Part shown: one piece after another, positions 9,081 through 17,409 of the stretch
How positions within the stretch are numbered: position 1 is the first letter of the stretch
Layout of the letters: each line of letters starts with the position of its first letter
Origin: a virus
IMG/VR virus record: IMGVR_UViG_3300045988_112980
Length of the DNA: 52,368 bases
Direction: 5' to 3' (one strand)
Notes under the pieces: model-generated
The model's database searches: none
What the model was told of the DNA's origin: nothing
What the model saw: the letters and a program-made list of their open reading frames with translations, nothing else
Program-made: the position numbers and the translations under genes

Positions 9081-9164
9081 AGACGGGGGTCGGAATCGAA
9101 CCGACATGCAACCGGGAAAGGCGTTCAGGCTTCACGGCGGATAAACCAGTGTATCAACCCCGCT
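9081..9164 (-). ncRNA. tRNA-like element (acceptor, D-arm and T-arm are present; the anticodon arm is extended and non-canonical)
   Basis: The T-arm is GTCGG-TTCGATT-CCGAC. The acceptor AGCGGGG pairs with CCCCGTC (6 of 7). The D-arm is GATA-CACTGGTT-TATC. The region 27-54 folds as a roughly 9-bp stem with a 10-nt loop instead of a 5-bp stem with a 7-nt loop. Confidence 0.4.
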
Positions 9165-9183
9165 GAAAGTTTTCTTATTGCGC

Positions 9184-9642
9184 TTACCCTTTGGGCTTTG
9201 TATAAGGCTTCACGGTCTTGCCTGTCTTGGGTTTCAGGCAACGTGCAACGTAATGAAGCATTTTACCGTCAGCGGTTGAATAGCTTTCATCACAACGAAC
9301 CACGGAACGGTCAATCTGTGCGCCCTCGCATTCTTCGTCTTCGGGAGTTATGCGGAAAGCATGTTCTCCTGCGATTAACCCGTCATTGTCTTCAAACGGG
9401 CGTTCCCCGCCTTTCTTGACAAACAGGTCAAATTCAAGCGTATAAGTATTCTTCCCGTAACGGACATCAACAAGTTCGCCGCCCTCCTCTGTGGCGGTCT
9501 TCTCAGTTCCCGCCGTGGGGGTGATTTTTGTTGTGTCTTCTTTCGGCGTGTCAAGGGCTTCCCAAGATTCCGGGGTGGTGGGTGCGCCATTTGTTGACGG
9601 GGTTGTTTCAATCTTACATTTACCCCATGATAAAACTGCCAT
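9184..9642 (-). CDS. Major tail protein (by position)
   Basis: 152-aa ORF directly upstream of the chaperone pair. Confidence 0.5.
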   Translation of the reverse strand: MAVLSWGKCKIETTPSTNGAPTTPESWEALDTPKEDTTKITPTAGTEKTATEEGGELVDVRYGKNTYTLEFDLFVKKGGERPFEDNDGLIAGEHAFRITPEDEECEGAQIDRSVVRCDESYSTADGKMLHYVARCLKPKTGKTVKPYTKPKG

Positions 9643-9670
9643 AACTTATTCGTTTTTAATGTTCTACAAT

Positions 9671-10123
9671 TTATTTGATATTCAGAGGCGCATCATCGCT
9701 GCCGAAGAACTCGTAATGAAGTTTCACAACGATGAAATGCTGATTGATGTCAGGTTCAGCCTCCGTGTAAATGGTTTGTTGAAGCCTGAATTTATAACAG
9801 GACTTATCGGCGGTCAGGCTGTTGACCCAATCATTGGCGAGACGCTCTATTTCTTCTGCCCGCTGACCGTCTTCAACGAAGACCCCGTTATCGTAAGGGT
9901 CAACATCTGGAACATAGATATTCACGGTTACAACACCCGTTTGAATGTCACCCGAAAGACCCGATGTGAATATCACAACGGCATCCTCCTTGCGACTGTC
10001 TCTCGGGCGATTGCTGGTCTTACCGTCCCCTCTGTAAACGTCCCCTGAAATCATCGAGGAAAGGGTACTGTTTTTCAGCAGACGGTACACGTCCCCTTGA
10101 ATTTGTTTTGAAGTCTTAGCCAT
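9671..10123 (-). CDS. Tail terminator or tail completion protein (by position)
   Basis: 150-aa ORF between the gp10-like and major tail genes. Confidence 0.4.
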   Translation of the reverse strand: MAKTSKQIQGDVYRLLKNSTLSSMISGDVYRGDGKTSNRPRDSRKEDAVVIFTSGLSGDIQTGVVTVNIYVPDVDPYDNGVFVEDGQRAEEIERLANDWVNSLTADKSCYKFRLQQTIYTEAEPDINQHFIVVKLHYEFFGSDDAPLNIK

Positions 10124-10134
10124 ATAAGTTCTGT

Positions 10135-10575
10135 TTAATGAAATCCGAGTTGTTTCAACATTTGCGGTACAAGACGCTCGGCAAGAAGTTCTGAACTGTC
10201 AAGAACGTCAAGCCCTTTTGCGGACACATAAGAAGCGTAGTTCATACCAGCCACGACAATAAGGCAAATCCCCTGCGGGAATTTTCTTGCGAGGCTTTTC
10301 ACATACGCTGCCCCCTTTGAAGAACCGTCCTTGCCTTGTTTCACGGTTTGGAAACTGGATGAATGGATTATTCGCCCGTCAACCGTGATAACATAGCCGA
10401 TTGAACTTCTCAGGTTGCCCGTGCGGTCTTTGTAAGAATTGGTTGAACGTGCCCTGTTCAAGACTGTCTCCCCGATATACATCAGGTTTCGGATAAGAAC
10501 TTGTTTCAGCCTTTCAAGCTGCTGTTCCGTGTATCTGTCAATCTCCGACATCGGTGTTAGTTGTGTGATAGGCAT
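10135..10575 (-). CDS. HK97 gp10-like head-tail joining protein
   Basis: 146-aa ORF with a DRTGNLRSSIGY motif resembling the gp10 family. Confidence 0.5.
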   Translation of the reverse strand: MPITQLTPMSEIDRYTEQQLERLKQVLIRNLMYIGETVLNRARSTNSYKDRTGNLRSSIGYVITVDGRIIHSSSFQTVKQGKDGSSKGAAYVKSLARKFPQGICLIVVAGMNYASYVSAKGLDVLDSSELLAERLVPQMLKQLGFH

Positions 10576-10684
10576 ATTCTTCTCAGTTATTTTTTGCGAA
10601 ATCGGCGCATGTGGCGTTTACTTTTCTTATTGGTATGTTTGACCGGGTTGAAAAAGAAAAGCCGACATACAGCCGCACATCGCT

Positions 10685-11008
10685 TTAGACCAAAATTCTT
10701 ACTTCGCACACGGCTTCAAGCGGTTCTGCCTGAATGATTGAAAACGTGCCAATCTCTTTTCCTGACAAGTCTTTCAAGCGTAGCTGTTCCGATGGAACGG
10801 GCTGTTCTTCAATCAGGATTTCATAGGAAGCCACTGTGAAGTGTTCCCCCTTGATAATTCCGAGTTGGTTGAACTTCTTCGCCTTGAATTGACATGGAAC
10901 AGGTTCGCCCCATGCCACGGAAGACGGTTTGACGGGATAACCCGTTTCAGGGTCAATCCCGCCCGCTGTCTTTGTCTTGAATTCGATTGTTCCGTTTTGA
11001 ATAAGCAT
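10685..11008 (-). CDS. Head closure or head-tail adaptor protein (by position)
   Basis: 107-aa ORF in the connector block. Confidence 0.4.
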   Translation of the reverse strand: MLIQNGTIEFKTKTAGGIDPETGYPVKPSSVAWGEPVPCQFKAKKFNQLGIIKGEHFTVASYEILIEEQPVPSEQLRLKDLSGKEIGTFSIIQAEPLEAVCEVRILV

Positions 11009-11020
11009 ACATTTCCGTTT

Positions 11021-11353
11021 TTAAAGCCGAGAACCTTTATATCCGTAAATAGGTTTGTTTGCGCTGCCGCTGTCATCGTCAAATTCTTTGTACAAGGCTT
11101 TGGCATGATTGCGGAATTGCGTTCTCTGTTCGTCCGTGAATGAAAAGGACTGACCGCCCTGAGACACGTCAGGAGCGAAAGACAGCCACAGAAGTAAGTC
11201 TGCTTTGGCGAGGTTGTAGGCTTTCCCTTTCAGAACCTCTGCTGTCGCTTCCGTGTCAAGGTCAAGCCCCCGTTTGTCCGCTGTCTCAACAAGTGTTCGG
11301 AGCGGTATCGGGTAGGCGTTTATCCCTTTCAGGTTTTCGATAACTTTTGCCAT
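11021..11353 (-). CDS. Head-tail connector protein (by position)
   Basis: 110-aa ORF immediately after the capsid gene. Confidence 0.4.
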   Translation of the reverse strand: MAKVIENLKGINAYPIPLRTLVETADKRGLDLDTEATAEVLKGKAYNLAKADLLLWLSFAPDVSQGGQSFSFTDEQRTQFRNHAKALYKEFDDDSGSANKPIYGYKGSRL

Positions 11354-11368
11354 AATTCAAGACCGTCT

Positions 11369-12460
11369 TTAATCCCAATCTTGTGCGTCCGTTCTCACGT
11401 AGATGTTACGGTAAGCCGTATCAAATACGGGAATAGCGTCAGCCTGACCGATTGTAACCTCGCTCTTAGGCTCAATCGTGCCGTACTTCTTCACGACTGT
11501 ATGGGCACGCACGGCTCTCAGAATTGTTTCTTCATTTTCCTGAAGAATGTCATACTGCGTGGAACCGAGTATTTCACTTTCTGACAAAATCATACGGCTG
11601 TTCTCAAACGGGTTGCCAGAAGTCTGTGAACCGTCTGAAAATTCACGGGTGATGGTTTGGTCGATAACACGCAGTTGAATACCGTTCAGCCATGCTTGTT
11701 TTGCGAGCATGGTATTTACAGCAGCCAAGTCAGGTGTTTGAGAGATACCGAGGGCGTTGGCGGCGAAAGAAGCGCACTGTTTAATAATTTGTTCCGCAGA
11801 ACAGATTTTGTACAGTTCATCCAAATTGATGAAAGCGTACTTCAAGTTCAGGTTATGATCCTTACCCAACTTCACGAATTTAGCAAGGTCGCCGATAATG
11901 TCAGCAGTTGACTTGCTGTTCCAATCAACGGATGATTTGGTTTTCATCTCATCATCCACGTCATAGTCAAGGTCAAATTCATTGGCATAGGTTGCGTTCG
12001 TGGTGGTTGTGAATTTAAGCACGCCAGCGTTTGAAGCGAGTTTCCATGCAATGTATTCTTCCTCAGACTGAACGCCGTTGAAACAGAAATCAACATCATT
12101 TCCCCAATACTCAACAAGTTTGGTAGCATCTTCATCCTGAGCGAAAGCCAAAGCCGTTTGATAATCTTTGATTTCAGAGCGTGAAAGTTCACGGCTGATA
12201 GAGATAAACGGAATATCTCCACGTGCGCTCTCGAATATCGGGCGGCGTTTACGCATGATAGTTCCGTTGTCAGTATGCAGGTCGGCGGCGACATTCTTCT
12301 TTTCAAGCTGGTTCGTTAAGGTTTTCCAGTTGAAGCCGTTGACTTTCTTAACGGGGAAGTGCTTTCCGAAAAGGAAGCCCGAAGCGTCAGCCGAATTCAG
12401 ACGGGCTTGAACCATTTGTTCGGTCAAACCCTGAATCATTGTATTTACAATAGTTCCCAT
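11369..12460 (-). CDS. Major capsid protein
   Basis: 363-aa ORF that follows the scaffold and decoration genes. Its size and position are typical of an HK97-fold capsid protein. Confidence 0.65.
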   Translation of the reverse strand: MGTIVNTMIQGLTEQMVQARLNSADASGFLFGKHFPVKKVNGFNWKTLTNQLEKKNVAADLHTDNGTIMRKRRPIFESARGDIPFISISRELSRSEIKDYQTALAFAQDEDATKLVEYWGNDVDFCFNGVQSEEEYIAWKLASNAGVLKFTTTTNATYANEFDLDYDVDDEMKTKSSVDWNSKSTADIIGDLAKFVKLGKDHNLNLKYAFINLDELYKICSAEQIIKQCASFAANALGISQTPDLAAVNTMLAKQAWLNGIQLRVIDQTITREFSDGSQTSGNPFENSRMILSESEILGSTQYDILQENEETILRAVRAHTVVKKYGTIEPKSEVTIGQADAIPVFDTAYRNIYVRTDAQDWD

Positions 12461-12473
12461 AAATTACTTACGA

Positions 12474-13097
12474 TTAATAGTTTATGATACCTTTGAGGTG
12501 TTTCATCACGCATTCAGGAAGCGGGTTGCCCTTTGTCACGCCAATAAGCCAAGCGTCCGTGTCAAGGTTTGAGTTTTGCACGATGGGCTTGCCTGTTCCG
12601 ACAAGTGAAAGCGGGGTGTATTTCAGTTTTGAGGTTTCCGCTGCCGATTCCGCTGCCGATTCCGCTGCCGATTCCGCTGCGGCTTCAATGATAAATCCGC
12701 CTTTCTCAATCTTCACTCCAAGAGTGGTCTTGACCTTGATTGTGTCGTGGGTTTTCTCTGTGGTTGTGATAGATGTGATAGCGTAAGCCTTGCCACCTTC
12801 ATCAGCCATGATGAAATCGCCAACTTTGAAATTGTGACCTTTATTTACTTTGATGTCAGTTGCGGTATCTGTCGCTTCTGCCGACAGAACGGCAATCTTC
12901 ACAACGTGGCAAATGCCGTTGTCGGGTGCGCTCAATACTGCGCCCTCGTTCAGAAAATCGCCGCCGAGTTCAGAAACCTTGACCGAAACGCCGCCGCGAA
13001 TATCCGCTGTTTTGTGCATGAAGACACGAGGTGTGCGTGTGTCTTTCCTGCGTGTTACTGTCATTCCCATTTTTGAATGATTTTGGATGTTAAACAT
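12474..13097 (-). CDS. Capsid-associated or head decoration-like protein with an (AESA)n repeat
   Basis: 207-aa ORF whose start overlaps the scaffold stop (TAATG). Confidence 0.4.
   Translation of the reverse strand: MFNIQNHSKMGMTVTRRKDTRTPRVFMHKTADIRGGVSVKVSELGGDFLNEGAVLSAPDNGICHVVKIAVLSAEATDTATDIKVNKGHNFKVGDFIMADEGGKAYAITSITTTEKTHDTIKVKTTLGVKIEKGGFIIEAAAESAAESAAESAAETSKLKYTPLSLVGTGKPIVQNSNLDTDAWLIGVTKGNPLPECVMKHLKGIINY
12636..12680 (-). repeat. 12-bp tandem repeat, about 3.8 copies (ttccgctgccga), encoding AESAAESAAESAAE
   Basis: Read directly from the sequence. Confidence 0.9.
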
Positions 13098-13807
13098 TAG
13101 AACGGCTGACCGTCGGCGGGCTTGTTGTCACGGTGTGATATAGCCTCCAATTGCTCTTTTGTCAGTTCGTTCCCTTGACTTGATGAACCGCCGTTCTGTG
13201 CGGCAGGTCTTCCGAAAACAGCCCCTTTTGCCCGTGTGTCATTGACAATGCCGTCCACTTCGGTAGTGATTTCGCCGACAAGCGTGTTGAACTGTTCATC
13301 GGTTAGACCGTCAACAGGTGTGCGCTCGTAAGCCTTGCGTAGATTTTCAGGCAGTTTTTCAATGATTGTGGAAAGTTGTTGCTTGCGGGTTGCAGTTGTA
13401 CGGTCTCCATCCATTTTGTTCAAACGCTCGGTTATCGTCTTGTTGCTTTCGATAAGAGCCTGTGCCCAAGCCGGAACTTGCTCGCCCCCTGCGGATTGTG
13501 TCTGAACGGTTTGCGTTCCTCCTTGCTGACCGCCCTGAGAGCCGCCCCCGTTATCAATCTTTTGCCCGTCTTTCAGACCGTATTTGGTTTCATAGGTTTG
13601 TACGGCTGTCTGTTGGGCTTCTGTCGCACGGCTGTCGCCGTAGCTTTCAATGATTTCGATGAACTCTTTTGTTACCCCTGCAATAGCAGTTGTTATTTGT
13701 TCATCTGTGGTTACAGTCTTGGCGAGTTTATCGGCAATCCTGTTCAATACATTTGCGTTGACCCCCGGAAATTTGGCTTTCAACGCCTCTAAAATCTTTT
13801 GTTTCAT
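13097..13807 (-). CDS. Scaffolding protein (by position)
   Basis: 236-aa ORF with a Gly/Gln-rich linker (GGGSQGGQQGG). It is the first gene of the head operon. Confidence 0.5.
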   Translation of the reverse strand: MKQKILEALKAKFPGVNANVLNRIADKLAKTVTTDEQITTAIAGVTKEFIEIIESYGDSRATEAQQTAVQTYETKYGLKDGQKIDNGGGSQGGQQGGTQTVQTQSAGGEQVPAWAQALIESNKTITERLNKMDGDRTTATRKQQLSTIIEKLPENLRKAYERTPVDGLTDEQFNTLVGEITTEVDGIVNDTRAKGAVFGRPAAQNGGSSSQGNELTKEQLEAISHRDNKPADGQPF

Positions 13808-13842
13808 AATGAATGCTTTGTTTAACTGAAAAGTTTACGCAA

Positions 13843-13850
13843 CAAAGGTA
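13843..13850 (-). promoter_or_regulatory. Bacteroides-type -7 box TACCTTTG for the head operon
   Basis: Matches TAnnTTTG, about 36 nt upstream of the ATG at 13807. Confidence 0.4.
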
Positions 13851-13863
13851 TGCTTTATTTCTT

Positions 13864-13883
13864 AAAGTGATTACAATATACTC
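13864..13883. promoter_or_regulatory. Dispersed regulatory motif, copy 1 (AAAGTGATTA-CAATA-TACTC)
   Basis: A member of the GTGATTA-N5-TAATCAC/TACTC family, which occurs at 8 intergenic sites. Confidence 0.5.
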
Positions 13884-13969
13884 AGAAAAATAATGCTTTT
13901 TCTTGTTTGTCTCAGTTTTTATGCTATAAAATATGCTTTTAAGCTATTTTGAGGCTGTTTTTGAGATAA

Positions 13970-14009
13970 TGGAGTTAAATACTACGGAAGTGGAGTTAAG
14001 TGGGGTTAA
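13970..14009 (+). repeat. Three direct copies of TGGRGTTAA (13970, 13991, 14001) in the divergent control region
   Basis: Read directly from the sequence. Confidence 0.6.
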
Positions 14010-14069
14010 AAATAATCTGTTCAGTTAATTTTTATCCGAAAAAGTTGATTATTTCCAAAATACTTAACT

Positions 14070-14077
14070 TATATTTG
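14070..14077 (+). promoter_or_regulatory. Bacteroides-type -7 box TATATTTG for the plus-strand accessory island
   Basis: Matches TAnnTTTG, about 50 nt upstream of the ATG at 14126. Confidence 0.4.
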
Positions 14078-14081
14078 CAAC

Positions 14082-14100
14082 ATGATTAAGATGTAATCAC
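14082..14100. promoter_or_regulatory. Dispersed regulatory motif, copy 2 (ATGATTA-AGATG-TAATCAC), just downstream of the -7 box
   Basis: 7-5-7 inverted repeat followed by TTTT. Confidence 0.5.
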
Positions 14101-14125
14101 TTTTGAACCTCAAAAAAACAGAAAT

Positions 14126-14365
14126 ATGAAGACAGTGAGTTTAGCATACAGCACAAGAGAAATCAACCGTAATTTCAGAATTAAGGTTTCAGGCGTTGAT
14201 GGCGAGGGGAACAAGGTTCACAAGCTGGTTGGCGTTTCAGGGGCTATCGCTCTTATCGGTGTTGAAATGTTCAATAAACTTTTGAAGCGGGCTTTCAATA
14301 ACGTTGAAGACAAATGCGTATGCAAACTCCGCAGAGGTATTAAATTTTCATTTTATATCAAATAA
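14126..14365 (+). CDS. Hypothetical protein
   Basis: 79-aa ORF, first gene of the plus-strand island. Confidence 0.45.
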   Translation: MKTVSLAYSTREINRNFRIKVSGVDGEGNKVHKLVGVSGAIALIGVEMFNKLLKRAFNNVEDKCVCKLRRGIKFSFYIK

Positions 14366-14381
14366 TCAGGAGGAAAAGATT

Positions 14382-14588
14382 ATGGTAATCAATTTTAGAA
14401 AACTGAACCGTCAGGTTCTCCCTTTCAAGCCCGAAACGAAACAAGGATTTATCTTCATCGCCACAAACGAACAAAAGGAAAACGGTCTTTTCAGTATCGC
14501 AAAAGTTGGGAGCAAAAGAAGCCTTATGACTATTCTCGTTGATACTATCAATTCCGATGAAGACTTCAAACGCGAATTTTCAATCTGA
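14382..14588 (+). CDS. Hypothetical small protein
   Basis: ATG at 14382 preceded by AGGAGG (14368..14373). The ORF-track start at 14304 overlaps the previous gene. Confidence 0.45.
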   Translation: MVINFRKLNRQVLPFKPETKQGFIFIATNEQKENGLFSIAKVGSKRSLMTILVDTINSDEDFKREFSI

Positions 14589-14604
14589 ACAGGAGGACAG
14601 AATT

Positions 14605-14736
14605 ATGAAAGACAATATGAACAGTATTATCGAAGCGGCTTTTTGGGCGGGATTTGAACCAAGTTCAGATGACTTGACAGAAGCCGCCTTGTATGAGGAA
14701 GCAAAGGTATATTTAGAAAAATCAATTCAGTATTAA
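14605..14736 (+). CDS. Hypothetical small protein (43 aa)
   Basis: ATG at 14605 preceded by AGGAGG (14591..14596). Confidence 0.4.
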   Translation: MKDNMNSIIEAAFWAGFEPSSDDLTEAALYEEAKVYLEKSIQY

Positions 14737-14756
14737 CCCAAATAAAATTTTCAAGT

Positions 14757-15911
14757 ATGGAAACAATGACAGTGACAAACGAAAAGACCCTGCAACAGGG
14801 TTTGAATGATGTTGTAATCAACAAGGTTCAGAGAATGATAGACGGTAAATCCGTTGGGGTTCAAGCTACAATGGAGCGTCTTATCAGCGAGGGAAAGATA
14901 GCGCAGGATTATATCGCCCCGATAGGCGTTAACCTGAGACAGAAAGACCACAGCCCCGTGATAACATTCAACGGGGGAGAACGTCTGATGATGAATATGC
15001 CTGACGGTCAGTTCTCGCTCCATGATAACGCCATAGGGCAGCTTGCTGACAGAATGGGAGTTCCGCAGCGTTATCTCAGACAGCTTGCGCAGGGGGCTGA
15101 GTGGGCTAAGAACCTTGCCGCCGAAATTCTGAACGAGCATAGCGGTTGGACGGAAAGAAGCCGTGTTCTTGTCAGAACCGTAGGGGAGCAGGTTCGGGGT
15201 GTTCTCTCTGACAGCTACCGCCGTCTGAACAGCGTTGAAATCCTGACGGCTTTTGTTCAGGAAGCGAGCAAGCAAGGGGCGGTAATTTCGGACGCTTATA
15301 TGAACGACACAAAGGTTTGGGCAGAAACAATCCTGCCACAGCCAATCGTCATACCGACAGCGAAGAACGGCGATGTCATCATATTTGCGGGCGCACGGTT
15401 CTCAACCTCTGACTACGGGGACGGGGCGGTTGACATGCGGGCGTTTCTCTTGAACGGGGCTTGCCTTAATGGTATGGTTCGTGAAAGCGTGATGAAGCAG
15501 GTTCACTTGGGGTCTAAGCTGCCTGATAACCTGAAACTATCCAACAAAACGTATGAACTTGACACGAAGACCACCGTTTCAGCGGTCAAAGACCTGACGA
15601 AAGGGCTGTTCGGGAAAGATAACCTGATGAAGAAAGCCTACGAGATACAGGGGGCTTCCGAAATTGATGTTGACTTTGAGCATGAATTGAAGAACCTGAC
15701 AAAGAACGGAAGTCTTCTGAAACAGGAAAGTAAGGAAGTTGAAAAGATTTTGATGCGCAATGACCCCGAAGATGGTGTTCAGGGAGGTTCAACCCTTTGG
15801 AAGCTCACTCAGGCAATCACGGCTCACGCCCGAGAACTGACTCCCGAAAGAAGCCGGGAATTACATGAAATTTCAGGTTCGCTTCTCAACCGTGTGAAAT
15901 TACAAGCATAA
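14757..15911 (+). CDS. DUF932-like phage/plasmid protein
   Basis: 384-aa ORF. The segment IGQLADRMGVPQRYLRQL...VLVRTVGEQVRGVLSDSYRRLNSVEIL resembles the DUF932 pattern (from memory, not searched). Confidence 0.5.
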   Translation: METMTVTNEKTLQQGLNDVVINKVQRMIDGKSVGVQATMERLISEGKIAQDYIAPIGVNLRQKDHSPVITFNGGERLMMNMPDGQFSLHDNAIGQLADRMGVPQRYLRQLAQGAEWAKNLAAEILNEHSGWTERSRVLVRTVGEQVRGVLSDSYRRLNSVEILTAFVQEASKQGAVISDAYMNDTKVWAETILPQPIVIPTAKNGDVIIFAGARFSTSDYGDGAVDMRAFLLNGACLNGMVRESVMKQVHLGSKLPDNLKLSNKTYELDTKTTVSAVKDLTKGLFGKDNLMKKAYEIQGASEIDVDFEHELKNLTKNGSLLKQESKEVEKILMRNDPEDGVQGGSTLWKLTQAITAHARELTPERSRELHEISGSLLNRVKLQA

Positions 15912-15970
15912 ATTAACAATCTCCCGTGAACCCGTCAAAAGCGGGTTTGCGGGATTAAAAATAGACTGCA

Positions 15971-16162
15971 ATGAAAAAGACAGATTTGACATTTATCGGG
16001 ATTGACTGTTGGGACAGACCCGTTTACAGAGACACCAACGGCAAATTATGGAAAGACATTACGCTTGGGAGCGATACGCCTGAATTATATTCAGCTTGCA
16101 ATAATGACTTTGAGGGAGAGCCTGATATGCCTATTGAAATGACTTATCCCGATTTTGAATAG
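15971..16162 (+). CDS. Hypothetical protein
   Basis: 63-aa ORF. Confidence 0.4.
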   Translation: MKKTDLTFIGIDCWDRPVYRDTNGKLWKDITLGSDTPELYSACNNDFEGEPDMPIEMTYPDFE

Positions 16163-16237
16163 TTGACATGATGTTTAACCACGCCCGACAGAGAGCCGTA
16201 AAAGCCCTGTGTCGGGTTTAATAACTGAGAAACAACG

Positions 16238-16717
16238 ATGACAGACGAAAAGAAATTTGAGTTCAATGAAGATATTGAAAATGATTGTTTAATGACATGG
16301 AAGAACGCCCGGACTTTGGGACGTTATAAGGCTCTCTGTAATGAACGTGATTCGGTTGACGTGAAGAAATACGATTGCTTCTTCGCTTTCGGTAATGAAT
16401 CATTCGCAAGGGGTATGAAAGGAATACGCCCTTTGAATGACGGGGAGAAGATTTACAGTTTCGGCGCAGGGGGCTATGGTACAAAAGACGGTATAGAACG
16501 CCTGTTCAAGTTTTACGAAGACATGGAAGCCCGAATAAAGAATGAATGTGACCCGCAGGAGGTTTATTGCTATGAATACAATAACCATGAATGTTGCATT
16601 GCCTTTGACGGGGATATAGAAGCTATCAGGCTTGTTGCCGGGATATGGGGTGTCGAGACAGCGAAAACAATCAAACGGAGGTCGGCTTTTTATAGGGTTG
16701 AAGAGCTTTTCAATTGA
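16238..16717 (+). CDS. Hypothetical protein
   Basis: 159-aa ORF. Confidence 0.45.
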   Translation: MTDEKKFEFNEDIENDCLMTWKNARTLGRYKALCNERDSVDVKKYDCFFAFGNESFARGMKGIRPLNDGEKIYSFGAGGYGTKDGIERLFKFYEDMEARIKNECDPQEVYCYEYNNHECCIAFDGDIEAIRLVAGIWGVETAKTIKRRSAFYRVEELFN

Positions 16718-16726
16718 AAAAGCAAT

Positions 16727-16764
16727 GTTTTCTACGAGATAATATATGTTTTCTCGTAGAAAAC
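16727..16764 (+). terminator. 13-bp perfect stem-loop (GTTTTCTACGAGA...TCTCGTAGAAAAC), 10 nt after the stop codon
   Basis: The inverted repeat was read directly. There is no strong T-tract. Confidence 0.45.
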
Positions 16765-16940
16765 TCTGTTTAATTAGTGTTTTCTGCGCAAGAAACCCCT
16801 AAAGGAGAGGAAAGAAAAGAATATAGAAAAAAATACTACTAACGTAGTATAAAAAAAGACCCTGACGGGTCAGGCGCACACGCCGTTTTTTGGAGGGGTT
16901 CGCCTGACACAAGGTTTGGGGCGTTAAACAGAAAAAGACT

Positions 16941-17195
16941 ATGGCGAAAGAGCAAAAGACGATTTACCGGGTTCAGTTCAAAGAACCGCCATTGAACGAT
17001 GACGAAAGAACAGAGTTCTTCTTCACGTCACTTGCGGCGATTTATGATGTCTTCACGGCAGAACAAATCGGCTGTCGGGTCAACCGCTTGTACAACATCG
17101 GTCTACCTGACGGTACGCCGTATGACGGGAAACGTTGCCTGATAACTCAGGAGGCGGTTCACAGTAAGGCGCAAAAAAGCCCGTTCACAGGTTGA
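16941..17195 (+). CDS. Hypothetical protein
   Basis: 84-aa ORF. Confidence 0.45.
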   Translation: MAKEQKTIYRVQFKEPPLNDDERTEFFFTSLAAIYDVFTAEQIGCRVNRLYNIGLPDGTPYDGKRCLITQEAVHSKAQKSPFTG

Positions 17196-17316
17196 TGATG
17201 AAGACAAGCCCAAATAAGCCGATTTAAGACGTGATTTTAAGTAGGCTTATAACTTATACAAGATTGACTGTGAAAATTCAATAGCGGGGCTAAAAACGGG
17301 CAAATTGAGGGTGTTT

Positions 17317-17335
17317 GTGATTATGGTGTAATCAT
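17317..17335. promoter_or_regulatory. Dispersed regulatory motif, copy 3 (GTGATTA-TGGTG-TAATCAT)
   Basis: 7-5-7 inverted repeat flanked by AAACGGG (17295) and CCCGTTT (17350). Confidence 0.45.
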
Positions 17336-17409
17336 GTTATTCGGTTTACCCGTTTGAGGCTTTCAAAAAAAAATATTCGCTTTTTTTGCGAACTCTCAGA
17401 AAAAGAACT

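Noticed and set aside
9081-9164. A canonical tRNA gene
   Set aside because: I found no 5-bp stem with a 7-nt loop for the anticodon arm in any register, and position 1:72 is mismatched. It is reported only as tRNA-like.
12636-12680. A CRISPR-like array (here, in the Ala-rich genes, or among the dispersed motifs)
   Set aside because: The repeats are 12-bp tandem coding units or single dispersed 19-bp palindromes. There is no repeat-spacer periodicity anywhere in the window.
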